From Desulfatiglandales bacterium (lineage in GTDB: Bacteria; Desulfobacterota; DSM-4660; Desulfatiglandales; HGW-15): a stretch of 64,000 nucleotides of DNA. This document shows positions 18,494 to 28,409 of the stretch, piece after piece. The stretch lies in assembly GCA_963667015.2 (NCBI GenBank), contig CAXXJJ010000001.1:2780555-2844554 (forward strand), read 5' to 3'. A model generated the notes under the pieces. It had not been told where the DNA came from and did not search any database. It was given only the letters and a program-made list of their open reading frames with translations. How positions within the stretch are numbered: position 1 is the stretch's first letter; each line of letters starts with the position of its first letter. Made by a program: the position numbers and the translations under genes.

Positions 18494-20608
18494 CCTTTTT
18501 CATATACTTCTCCATTATAAAATGTTCCACACTCCAGACGGTTTTTCCCCGTTCTGTGAGTTCACATATTCCATTAGACCTGCTTATTAACCCTGCCTCT
18601 ACAAGGTCTCTGCGTGTGGCTGAAAAATCCTCGCACACCCAGGCGATCAGACCTGTAAGCTCTCTCTCGTGATATTCTCTTATTTCAGGTACTGCATAAC
18701 GGATTGCGGCATCCATTGAGTTTATAACAAAGGGAAATTTATTTTCTCTAAGCCTTGTAAGCCTTTGTTTTTCTTCTTTTAAATAGCCCGGCTTTACGCC
18801 TTTTTCTCCTCCGAAGATAACCCTGGCGGCAATCTTTTTGAGCTGGAGATCCTCAGAACCCAGCAGTCCCTTTAAAAATCTGTCCGCCTCTATATCCCCC
18901 ATTTCCCCAAGGGCTGTTATGGCGGCCTTTCTTAAACTATTCGAACCATTTATCACTGTTTCCCGGAGTAATGGAACAGATTCTTTGATCTTAAGTCTTC
19001 CGATAGCCTCGATAGCCGTATATTTTTCCTCTTCCGTCCCTTTTTCTGCAAATTTGATAAAGAGTTCAGAAGATTCGCAGGAATGAAAATCGGCCAGGGT
19101 TAAGAGGGCTGCTAGCCGGGTTGATGAAACATCATGGGAAAGACATTCCTTAATCTCTTCGGTATATTCCATGGCCTGTAGCAATCCAAGACATCGAATG
19201 GCCTTTTCCCTTGTTTCGGTTTCCCGGTTATTGATGAGCGATGCAGTCCTTTTTTTGATTTCAGCAAATACTGTCTCATCCAGATCTTCCCGGGATACAG
19301 GGACCCATTTCATTGCAGCTGTTCCCATTCGGATATCATTCAACCTGTGCTCCTTTGAAACATAATCTTCTGTATCAGCAAGCTGAAGACAATTCCCGAA
19401 AGACTCCACTCCAGCCAGTGCAGATTTAAGAATATGATAATCAGGGCTCATGAGCATATCAGCGAGTTCCGGCAGGAAATAATCATACATGCGGCAGAGG
19501 GTATGAAGCAGAAACGGGTGACTGGCAAAGTTATCCCTGCTGTCTGTTTTTCGGAATTATCTCATTAACAATGGAAAGGCTTCAGCAGGGTAGCAGAGCA
19601 GCAGATTTATGCAAAGTACACATGTACTTTTTTCGCTGCATGAATAAAGGTTTTCCATCAGAAAAACCGCCTTTTCCTGCTTACTGACCGTCAGTCTGAT
19701 AAGTTCATCCAGGATTATATATGATCTGAAGGAGGCTATGGAATCTCTGTTTTTGGAGTAATAGGGTTCGCATCTGTTTATCGCCTTTATCATTACCCTG
19801 CGTGCATTACCCGAGGCCTTTTTATCTCTGGAAAAACACGTTTTAAGTATATCCTGTATAGATTGTCTTTTTAAACGATTTACCAGGATTGATATATTTT
19901 CCAGAATCTCATCATTATCTGTCATGTTTATAAACTGGATAAGCCTTTCAGGTGAACGTTCCAGAATTACTCTTAAGGGTTCTATTGAATCCTGCTGATC
20001 ATTGAACATTTTGAGGAGCACAGTTATTTCAGCCTCGATTCCTTCTTTTATATACTTTTCCATATCTATATTATTAATGTTATTTTCTGTTGTATCCAAA
20101 ATTTCTTCCATCCTGTTCTTCAGTTCATTTCGGGCACGATAAAGCCGGCTCATTACTGTTCCTGGCGGTATTTCAAGAAATCCGGATATCTCTTCATATG
20201 TGAATTTTTCAAAATAATGCAGGACAAGGATGAGTCTGTGGGGAGCCGTCAGATTTTTAATCCCCATGGCCATCTGAAGATGAATATCATCAGTTTCTTC
20301 CTCATTGTCCACAATTTCGGGATGCTCCTCCGGGATCTCAATAAACATCCTCTTATTTTTTCGAAACCACATCCTGTACAGATTAAGTGCAATACGCCTT
20401 AACCATGAAATTTTGAAGGATCAAGCAATTGATCAATCTTCAGGTAGGCCTCTACAAATGAATCATGCACAAGTTCACGACTCAGAAAATCATTCCCGGT
20501 CATTCTAAGACACATGAGATAAATACTGCCCTGATACCTGTCCATGAGCAGCCCGAACATCTCTCTGTTTCCCTCTTTAACCGCCTCTATTATTACTTTG
20601 TCATCCAT
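18486..20608 (-). pseudogene. ECF sigma factor with a long C-terminal extension (HEAT repeats + DUF2087-like tail), split by one frameshift and one in-frame stop
   Basis: Sigma region 2 (20399-20608) continues as SWLRRIALN in another frame near 20405. Region 4 is YEEISGFLEIPPGTVMSRLYRAR. TAA at 19557-19559 is in frame with 22 further sense codons and the HEAT ORF 18486-19490. Confidence 0.8.
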
Positions 20609-20890
20609 TAAAAAATACCATCAGGAAATAGCGAATTTATTATCTATGATGAAGAAACTTTAGAATTATTCCCATAAAGAAGGATTTTATTAAAAAAATC
20701 TCATTAAAAATGATTCGATAAAATACACCGAACCGGCTTGAAGTGGCATACAGGCTTTTTATCATGTATAGTTGATATTGGACACAGTTGGATCAATACT
20801 TAATAAATAATTGAAGAAAATTTACATTTGTGTCTATAAATATTATACAAGTCTGCAGTTTAAATCAAAATTAAAGGAGCTACTAAGAAA

Positions 20891-21781
20891 TTGAGCTCAA
20901 TTAAAAAGATGGACCTGAGTCACCTTATCGGTAAGAAGGTAGGTTCATCGACTTTATTGAAAGAAATAGCCCGTGGAAATATGGGTGCTGTGTTTGTAGG
21001 TTATCAGAGCAGTCTTAAACGTCAGATTGCTGTTAAAGTATTACCGAAATCTATCATTACAGAGCGAAACGCCAAGACCTTTCAGCAGGAAGCAGAACTC
21101 GCGGCTATTCTTTCCCACCCAAATATTATTCCCGTGTATGAAGTTGGGGATGCGGGGGATTTTCTTTTTCTGGCCATGCAACTGGTGAAAGGGAGAACTC
21201 TTTCCTATTATATTCAAAGGGCACGAAAAAATGTATTACCTTCAAAGCGGATTCTACCGATTAACACAACCTTTAATATCATAATCAGCATTTTAAATGC
21301 CCTGGATTATGCACATAGACAGTCTATTATCCATCGTGACATAAAACCCGGAAATATTATCATTGAGGAGTATGACAGCCGACCCATTATAGTGGATTTC
21401 GGCCTGGCCAAGGTGATCAGGAAGTCAGATGAGAGCGTTTCTGTGATAGTGGGAACCCCTATGTACATGGCTCCTGAACAGATATTAAAACCACAGGTGG
21501 ACGGTCGTGCGGATATCTATTCAACAGCAACAATGTTTTTAGAGATGTTGATACCAACACCTTTATTTCCGGATATTAAATCTTCGAGAGAGCTTATCAG
21601 GGCAAAGATAGCACTAAAGGATAAGCTGTTTACCAAAAAGCCTTCGGAGCTGAATCCAAAACTCGATAAAGAAATGGACAGTATCCTTTCAAGGGCCCTT
21701 ACTTTTAACCCGGAAACACGATATGATACATGCCGTGAATTTCGTGAAGAGCTCGAGCAGTACTCAAAAAAATATCTATAA
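20891..21781 (+). CDS. Stand-alone Hanks-type Ser/Thr protein kinase
   Basis: ARGNMGAV, IAVKVL, HRDIKPGN, DFGLA, GTPMYMAPEQ; no TM or sensor domain. Confidence 0.93.
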   Translation: MSSIKKMDLSHLIGKKVGSSTLLKEIARGNMGAVFVGYQSSLKRQIAVKVLPKSIITERNAKTFQQEAELAAILSHPNIIPVYEVGDAGDFLFLAMQLVKGRTLSYYIQRARKNVLPSKRILPINTTFNIIISILNALDYAHRQSIIHRDIKPGNIIIEEYDSRPIIVDFGLAKVIRKSDESVSVIVGTPMYMAPEQILKPQVDGRADIYSTATMFLEMLIPTPLFPDIKSSRELIRAKIALKDKLFTKKPSELNPKLDKEMDSILSRALTFNPETRYDTCREFREELEQYSKKYL

Positions 21782-21798
21782 AATCAGGATAGTAAAAA

Positions 21799-24024
21799 AT
21801 GATAAAAGAAAATGAAATTGATAAACGACATCTTGCATCTTTCGGACGTTCATTCGCCCTGGTGCTTAACCGGTGCTTTATGTACTCCGCCAATCATCCC
21901 TTTCTGGTTGAGGCAATAGATTCGGCTTATCAGTATCTGACAGAAATTTTAAAAAATATCTCTCCCACGGTTTTTATATTGAATGGTGAAAGATTCTATG
22001 TGGATGAAGAACCTCTTGATTCCCGCGTGAACGTTTCCAAGATTGTTGCCCATTTCAAGAAGACAGGTATGGAATCGATTACATTTTATAGCGGTACTGA
22101 AAAGAAGGAACTTCTATTCCTTCTTGATATAATTACCTCCCTGGATAAATATCACAATGCAGAAGAGATGAATAACGCGCTGTTCAAAAAGCAGATCAGT
22201 AATATAAAAATCAATCATTTCTACTTTAGAAAGGTGAGTGCAGAAGATGAACTGATTTCGAAGAACATGCTGGATAAAGTGACACCGGAAATCATGGGAG
22301 AGGATCATGATAAGATGAGGCAGATGTTCATGGATTCTGTCTTCAACAGTGTCCTCCAGGAAGAATTCATAAATAAACTCAACCTCGATAGTCTTTTAAC
22401 AAACCCCGATGGTCTGCCAAAAGAAATGATCTCAGCAGACCTGGCAACAGTCAATCAGTACAAAAATAGAAGCCTGGGTGAAGATACCGGTGAAGAACTG
22501 CTTCCGGGGCAATTTCTGCTCCGACAGCTGGAAGTAATAGACCTGGATGTGGAAAAAAATCTGGCAGAAGGTAAGGCTGTTGATTTATCTAAAATAGCAG
22601 ATGCCCTCTTTGATATGAGGCAAAAACTCATAGAAGGGGTAGAAGCACAAAAGACACTGGGTATTGCCTATGCCAATGAAGATGAAGTTTTTTCAAAGGC
22701 CTCTGAGATTACGGATAAAGTTCTGATTCGTCTGATTAAAGAAGAGTATAAGGGAGGAGAAACCGGAGTTTCCCGTCTTGCCCAGATTTTATGCAGGTTA
22801 ATACCTGAAGCAGATGAACTGAAGCGTCTGCTGCCAAAGATCAAAGCTGCCCTTTTAGAAGAAGGCATGTCTCAGGCGGATTTTATGATTCTTATTCAGG
22901 AACTTGGAAGAGAACTTCAGAGTGACGGGCTGGCCAATATTTTATCAGAGAGTGCGGAAGAGATTGGTGTCGATGGAAAAGAAATAATTCAGCAGGTAAA
23001 AGAGAATCCGCTCCAATCCGCTGAAATGATCTATCTGGCATCGGAAATCCGAAAAAGCGGGGGAGATGAAAAGGCCCTGACTGATCTCATTGTGAATTAT
23101 GTTGAGCAGGCTGGATCCAAATACTCTATGGATCTCAAGGATAAAAAGGGCGAAGAGGGGGAAAAACATATCCAGCGTGCCCTTGTGGAGGTTAAGTCCA
23201 GCCTGGTTAAAAATCTGGGCAATATGGATTTAAAGGAAGATTTGCTTGGTCGACTGGAAGGCCGGGTCAACCAGAGAATGGACGAAATCTTCAATAAATT
23301 ACGATCAGAGTGGATACAGTCACATTCTACAGCACCGGAACAGGGATCTCTTATGGGATTGACGGTGCTGGAAATCATTGAGCGGGGCGTAAGCGAGGAT
23401 GAAGAGCTTGGGCAACTCTTAAAGATAATACGAAAAAAAGCGGAAGCCAATGAAATAGATGAAAACGACTTTCTTCAGATATATAGGGAAATCACAAAGC
23501 AGGAGCAATTAAGTAAAGCCGCAAAGGAAAAAAAAGGTGAAACCTCAGGAATTATGAGAGAAAAGATGCTGATGAAATATGTAGATAAAGAGATTGCGAG
23601 GGCAAAGCGTTTTAAAACATCTCTTTCCATTTTAGGTTTTACTCTTGTTAAAGCAAAGGCAAAAGATATTTCACAAACAAAACGGATCAGTACACAAGAT
23701 ATTATGGATACCATGCTGAACAAACTGGTTGAAATTTTTAGAACCCCTGATATTGTGGGTGAAGTGCGTAAAAACCATTTCATTGTACTACTGCCCATGA
23801 CACATCAGGGGCAGGCTAATATAGCATTGCGCAGGACAATGAAAATCTTAAACCTGGATCCTCTGGACGTAGACGGTATTGCTATTGATATTAAGGTTGC
23901 AGGTGTTGTAGCTGATATCCATTTGCTGGAAATAAACAATACCAGTGCTCTGGTAGATTATCTCACATCTCAACTCAAGGAAATGGCCACCAGGGTCAGC
24001 ACCCTCTACTCTTATTCAGGATAA
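21799..24024 (+). CDS. Large helical protein with a C-terminal degenerate GGDEF-like domain
   Basis: EIARAKRFKTSLSIL...FRTPDIVG..RKNHFIVLLPMT follows the GGDEF-fold pattern without the GG(D/E)EF signature. Confidence 0.65.
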   Translation: MIKENEIDKRHLASFGRSFALVLNRCFMYSANHPFLVEAIDSAYQYLTEILKNISPTVFILNGERFYVDEEPLDSRVNVSKIVAHFKKTGMESITFYSGTEKKELLFLLDIITSLDKYHNAEEMNNALFKKQISNIKINHFYFRKVSAEDELISKNMLDKVTPEIMGEDHDKMRQMFMDSVFNSVLQEEFINKLNLDSLLTNPDGLPKEMISADLATVNQYKNRSLGEDTGEELLPGQFLLRQLEVIDLDVEKNLAEGKAVDLSKIADALFDMRQKLIEGVEAQKTLGIAYANEDEVFSKASEITDKVLIRLIKEEYKGGETGVSRLAQILCRLIPEADELKRLLPKIKAALLEEGMSQADFMILIQELGRELQSDGLANILSESAEEIGVDGKEIIQQVKENPLQSAEMIYLASEIRKSGGDEKALTDLIVNYVEQAGSKYSMDLKDKKGEEGEKHIQRALVEVKSSLVKNLGNMDLKEDLLGRLEGRVNQRMDEIFNKLRSEWIQSHSTAPEQGSLMGLTVLEIIERGVSEDEELGQLLKIIRKKAEANEIDENDFLQIYREITKQEQLSKAAKEKKGETSGIMREKMLMKYVDKEIARAKRFKTSLSILGFTLVKAKAKDISQTKRISTQDIMDTMLNKLVEIFRTPDIVGEVRKNHFIVLLPMTHQGQANIALRRTMKILNLDPLDVDGIAIDIKVAGVVADIHLLEINNTSALVDYLTSQLKEMATRVSTLYSYSG

Positions 24025-24092
24025 GATTTATATAATATATCGTTAAGACCTGGAAAACATTCCATTAACTCTGTTGGAAAATAAGAATTAAG

Positions 24093-24200
24093 TGTGGAGA
24101 AAATCTACAGCTATTTAACTCATTAATATTACGCATATAAATGATGTTTTATTGTGTATTTCAAATAAATAAAACAAAATCATTGTGGTAATATCCTACA
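24093..24200 (+). promoter_or_regulatory. Two candidate enhancer (UAS) sites for a sigma54 activator
   Basis: TGTGG-N7-CTACA imperfect palindromes at 24093-24109 and 24184-24200, about 200 and 110 bp upstream of the -24 box. Confidence 0.6.
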
Positions 24201-24307
24201 AATCCAATCCACTATATTTTATATAAATAAGTGATGACTCTCACTTCTTATTAAAATAACCAGTTATACCAGTAGTATAGCCCTTATCTTTAATTGGTCA
24301 AGTTTTG

Positions 24308-24323
24308 TGGCACACCAATTGCT
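24308..24323 (+). promoter_or_regulatory. Sigma54 (-24/-12) promoter
   Basis: TGGCAC-ACCAA-TTGCT, an exact consensus, 52 bp before the ATG at 24376. Confidence 0.85.
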
Positions 24324-24375
24324 TTTGTATATTTGTAAAACTGGATAAATGTAAACCTTAAAAGAGGAGCAAAGA

Positions 24376-25377
24376 ATGGCTGATATAGATACCGGAAAAC
24401 AGAGAAGTCATGTCGGTTATGGATCATCCTACAGAAAAGTTCATTCAAAGGGAGCGGTAAGAGGTGAGGAAATTCCTGCAGTAATTGGCAACCAGGTCTG
24501 GATGATCAAGCCTGATAAAGAGGCAAAGGCCGCAAACCCATGCATATGGATGCAGGCCGGTGTTGTGGAGTTTAAGAGCTGCAACAATTACTATGACTGC
24601 ACTTCCTGCAAGTATGATCTTGGCATGAAGATGAAGGCAGCTAAAGGTCAGCAGATAAGCTGGCAGGATGCCATGAGAAGGAAAGAAGGGCTTGAAAGAG
24701 TGTGTAGACACAGCCTGACAAACCGGATAGCCAAAAGGGCCTGTGCCTATGATTATCAATGCTCCTCATGTGATTTTGACCAGTTTTTTGAAGATGTCTG
24801 GTCTTCCAAGACAGGAGGAAATCCTTTAAATAGACACAATATCAAAGGATTTGATATGCCTGAAAATCACTATTTTCATAATGGCCACACCTGGGCGAGG
24901 ATAGAGAGCGGCGGATTTTTGAGGATAGGTATTGATGATTTTGCTCTTAAGGTACTGGGCAAAGCGGATTGCTTTGACCTTCCGCTTATGGGGAAAACCC
25001 TTGATTTTGGAAAACCCGGATGGGGATTAAAACGAAAAGACAATTCAGCGGATGTACTGTCTCCTGTGAGCGGGGTTATTACCGAGGTTAATAACAAGGT
25101 AAGAGAAAACCCCGGAGTATCAAACAGAGAACCATATGGAGCAGGATGGCTTTTCATGGTGCGTGTACCGGATATAAAGGGAAATGCAAACAGACTCATG
25201 GCGGATTCTGACAGTCTGAACTGGATGGGCAAGGAAGTAAGCAGGCTTGAAAGGATGGTTGAGGATTCAGCCGGTCCACTGGCAGCGGATGGAGGCTATT
25301 TTGCAAATGATATATTTGGGAATATTCCGGAACTAGGCTGGAGCAATCTAACCCGTACATTTCTAGGGACGGAATAA
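24376..25377 (+). CDS. GcvH-fold protein with twin N-terminal Cys motifs, lipoyl Lys replaced (copy 1)
   Basis: GHTWARIE..RIGIDDFA...SPVSGVITEVN..PYGAGWLF; two Cx12Cx5Cx2Cx[FY]D motifs. Confidence 0.85.
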   Translation: MADIDTGKQRSHVGYGSSYRKVHSKGAVRGEEIPAVIGNQVWMIKPDKEAKAANPCIWMQAGVVEFKSCNNYYDCTSCKYDLGMKMKAAKGQQISWQDAMRRKEGLERVCRHSLTNRIAKRACAYDYQCSSCDFDQFFEDVWSSKTGGNPLNRHNIKGFDMPENHYFHNGHTWARIESGGFLRIGIDDFALKVLGKADCFDLPLMGKTLDFGKPGWGLKRKDNSADVLSPVSGVITEVNNKVRENPGVSNREPYGAGWLFMVRVPDIKGNANRLMADSDSLNWMGKEVSRLERMVEDSAGPLAADGGYFANDIFGNIPELGWSNLTRTFLGTE

Positions 25378-25410
25378 TAACCAGTATGTGCGTGAGAGGA
25401 GGTATGCCGG

Positions 25411-25525
25411 CAGGTTTAAGGAGTAGGTTTAAGGTTTGCGGTATGAGAAAGAGGTGTACGGTTTAAGGTTTACGGCATACGGTTCGGTTTTTTAACCGCA
25501 AACCATACAACGTAGACCGTATACC
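25411..25525. repeat. Heptamer-periodic inverted repeat between the two GcvH-like genes
   Basis: GGTGTAC GGTTTAA GGTTTAC GGCATAC GGTT ... AACCGCA AACCATA CAACGTA GACCGTA TACC. Confidence 0.7.
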
Positions 25526-25550
25526 ACTTATCAAAGCGAGGATTAAAATA

Positions 25551-26477
25551 ATGCCCGAATATATAAACAGCCAAATAAACTCATCGAAGTCCTCCCCCTG
25601 CCTATGGGAGCAGGCCGGGATAGTAAGAAAAAAACAGTGCAGCCAGAGTTACTCCTGTTTTGATTGCCACTTTGACCGTGTAATGAAACATGTTTCAAGA
25701 GAGAACAGGGAGCTGAGGCAGGCAGGAAAAAGGCCGGAGGGACAGCGTGGTAAAATTATTTCCTGGAAGGAAAAGCTCAATTCAATGCCCCTGTCAAAAA
25801 GACCATGTGTTCATCACATGAAAGGAAGAATTGAGTTCAAGTCATGCACCAATGAATACAGGTGTGGTAACTGTGATTTTGACCAGTATTTTAATGATCA
25901 GTTTTCAGTGCATGCAGTGATAAATCCGGTAAATGTTCTCAATGTTTCAGGTGTCGATGTCCCTCAGGGGTATTATTTTCACAGGGGGCATACATGGGTA
26001 AAGATGGAAGAAGACAGTTCGGTTCGCATTGGGCTGGATGATTTTGCTTTAAGGCTCATGGGGCCTCTTGATAATATCAAGGCACCGCTTATGGGAAAGA
26101 AGGTGACCCGGGAAGATGCTTCTATTCTTGTAAAAAGGGGGGGGCTCAGGGCCGCTGTGCTCAGCCCTGTCAGCGGAGTTGTTATGGCGATTAACCCGGA
26201 GTTAAGAGAAAAAGGCAGGCTGGCTAATAACTCCCCCTACGCTGACGGATGGATCATGAAGGTGCAGCCTGACAATATAAGGGATGATTTAAAAAATCTC
26301 ATGATTAACCGAGAGACTGATACATTTATGACAGAGCAGATAGACACTCTGTATAACATTGTAGAGGAAACATCAGGCCCTATAGCTGCTGACGGCGGAT
26401 ATCTTGCAGGCGATATATTCGGAAGTATGCCTGAACTGGGATGGGAGCGATTGACAAAGATATTTCTTCATACATAG
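25551..26477 (+). CDS. GcvH-fold protein with twin N-terminal Cys motifs, lipoyl Lys replaced (copy 2)
   Basis: GHTWVKME..RIGLDDFA...SPVSGVVMAIN..PYADGWIM; two Cx12Cx5Cx2CxFD motifs. Confidence 0.85.
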   Translation: MPEYINSQINSSKSSPCLWEQAGIVRKKQCSQSYSCFDCHFDRVMKHVSRENRELRQAGKRPEGQRGKIISWKEKLNSMPLSKRPCVHHMKGRIEFKSCTNEYRCGNCDFDQYFNDQFSVHAVINPVNVLNVSGVDVPQGYYFHRGHTWVKMEEDSSVRIGLDDFALRLMGPLDNIKAPLMGKKVTREDASILVKRGGLRAAVLSPVSGVVMAINPELREKGRLANNSPYADGWIMKVQPDNIRDDLKNLMINRETDTFMTEQIDTLYNIVEETSGPIAADGGYLAGDIFGSMPELGWERLTKIFLHT

Positions 26478-26508
26478 ATAAAACTAAATGTAATTAACTA
26501 TTCCAATT

Positions 26509-27069
26509 TTATCTGTTTTCTGCTCTTTTCCTTTCGTCCTCAAGCAACACACTGCAGTATCTGCACATCCGGATTTTTTTATTGTCCACATCATCGAGTG
26601 AACGGCAGTAGTGCATTACGCAGGAATTATCGGAACAATGTCTGATATTAAAGGTGTGTCCAAGTTCATGAACAGCCTCCTTTATCACCCTTTCTGCAAA
26701 TATTCCTTCAGGATCAATAAACGCCTTTGTATCTTTTAAACGGTATATTGAAACAATGCATGATCTTCCATTTAACTGGGCTTCACCAAAAACATAGGTA
26801 AGTATAGGGATAAAAATGTCTTTATTGCATATGGCAAGTACCTTCAGGTAATCGGCCGGTGCAGCATCTGAAAGCCTGTTAATTATTGATGTCGAGTTAT
26901 ACTGATGCCTTTCGGGAGAGTACGCAAACTCTATATCATTCAACAGGTCGCATATATTCACAGGGTATCCGAAAATATCGGCCACCTTTTCTCCCAGCTG
27001 TTCCAGGAGAGACGGTTCATCAATACCGACAGGCGATATAAGGATTTTATTTTGAGACGGATCAGTCAA
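26509..27069 (-). CDS. Archaemetzincin-family (M54) Zn metalloprotease
   Basis: HELGHTFNIRHC-x4-CVM...CRYC, plus the YVFGEA motif. Confidence 0.9.
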   Translation of the reverse strand: MTDPSQNKILISPVGIDEPSLLEQLGEKVADIFGYPVNICDLLNDIEFAYSPERHQYNSTSIINRLSDAAPADYLKVLAICNKDIFIPILTYVFGEAQLNGRSCIVSIYRLKDTKAFIDPEGIFAERVIKEAVHELGHTFNIRHCSDNSCVMHYCRSLDDVDNKKIRMCRYCSVLLEDERKRAENR

Positions 27070-28408
27070 CGGATTTGTTAAGGTTATAGCGTTTTATTTT
27101 ATTGTATAGCGTTGATCTGTCGACACCAAGAATTTCAGCGCTTTTTGATATATTCCAGTTATTCTGATCAAGTATATTTTTTATATGAGTACGTTCAACC
27201 TGTTGTAACGAATTGTTATCTAAAGACACCATTTTTTGAGGATTAAAAATAGGAAGATCTGATGCCATTATCTCTCTACCCTTGGCAACTACAACAGCCC
27301 TTTCAATGGCATTTTCCAACTCTCTTACATTGCCGGGCCAGTCATAAAGCATAAGCTCATCAAGTGCTTCCCTGCTGATCCTGTCAATTGCCTTGTTGGT
27401 TTCCTGGGTAAACCTGTAAAGGAAATGATCTGCCAGCAGTGGAATGTCTTCTTTTCGCTCGCGCAGAAGAGGCATTTTAAAGGACACAACGTTAAGCCTG
27501 TAGAACAGGTCTTCTCTAAATATTCTATCTTCTATAGCCTTTGACAAATCTCTGTTTGTGGCGGCAATGACCCTGAAATCGGCCTCTATCGGCTGGGTGC
27601 CTCCGACCCTGTAAAATACCCTGTCCTCAAGCACGCGAAGAAGATCAATCTGCATCCTCATACTTATTTCACCTATTTCATCCAGAAAGAGTGTACCACC
27701 ATGGGCAAGTTCAAGCCGGCCTTTTTTTGTTTCCTTTGCATCGGTGAATGCACCTTTCTGATGGCCGAACAGTTCACTCTCCATAAGGTGTTCCGGTATT
27801 GCTCCGCAATTTACTGTTACAAAGGGACCTTCGCAGCACCTGCTTTTTGTGTGTATTGCCTTGGCCGCAAGCCCCTTGCCGGTACCCGTGTCTCCTGTTA
27901 TCAGCACCGTAGAATTCATAGGTGCCACATCTTCAATCATATTGAATATTTCCTGCATGGCCCTTGACTGCCCGATCATGCTCTCGAATCGGGTCAGTTC
28001 TTTATGTTCTTCTCTTAAATAAAGGTTTTCCATGTCCCGGGCCTTCTTCTCGATAACCTTTTCTATGAGGAGTCCCAGTTCGTTAGGGTCAAAGGGTTTT
28101 AACATATAATCAAATGCACCGTTTTTCATGGCTTCGATGGCTGTTGATATTGATCCATAGGCCGTAATCATGATAACAGAGGTATCCGGATCTGATTCTC
28201 TGACGCTTTTTAAAACCTCAAGGCCATTCATGCCTTCCATTTTGATATCAACAAGCATAATATCAAACTTGGTCTTGTTTATTTTATTAAGCGCTTCCTC
28301 TCCGCTACCGGCCTTATCAACAAAATGGCCGTCCCTCTCCAGCCATCCGGCCAGAGACTCTCTCATTATCAGCTCATCATCCACTATAAGTATTTTTGTG
28401 ATACTCAT
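27062..28408 (-). CDS. Sigma54-dependent response regulator (NtrC family: REC, AAA+, Fis-HTH)
   Basis: ILIVDDE, GDTGTGKG, ESELFGHQKGAFTDA, LFLDEIG, WPGNVRELEN, C-terminal HTH. Start moved to ATG 28408. Confidence 0.95.
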   Translation of the reverse strand: MSITKILIVDDELIMRESLAGWLERDGHFVDKAGSGEEALNKINKTKFDIMLVDIKMEGMNGLEVLKSVRESDPDTSVIMITAYGSISTAIEAMKNGAFDYMLKPFDPNELGLLIEKVIEKKARDMENLYLREEHKELTRFESMIGQSRAMQEIFNMIEDVAPMNSTVLITGDTGTGKGLAAKAIHTKSRCCEGPFVTVNCGAIPEHLMESELFGHQKGAFTDAKETKKGRLELAHGGTLFLDEIGEISMRMQIDLLRVLEDRVFYRVGGTQPIEADFRVIAATNRDLSKAIEDRIFREDLFYRLNVVSFKMPLLRERKEDIPLLADHFLYRFTQETNKAIDRISREALDELMLYDWPGNVRELENAIERAVVVAKGREIMASDLPIFNPQKMVSLDNNSLQQVERTHIKNILDQNNWNISKSAEILGVDRSTLYNKIKRYNLNKSVD

Positions 28409-28409
28409 T

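Noticed and set aside
20400..20415. Programmed -1 frameshift in the ECF gene
   Set aside because: No in-frame X XXY YYZ slippery site, and a second independent lesion favours decay or error.
20743..20759. TGGCAT as a sigma54 promoter for the kinase
   Set aside because: No TTGC at the -12 position.
9617..25525. Heptamer arrays or REP clusters as CRISPR arrays
   Set aside because: No constant repeats with unique spacers and no cas genes.
24376..26477. Calling these genes true glycine cleavage H proteins (gcvH)
   Set aside because: The lipoyl-Lys position is substituted, there are large Cys-rich extensions, and no gcvT/P is nearby.
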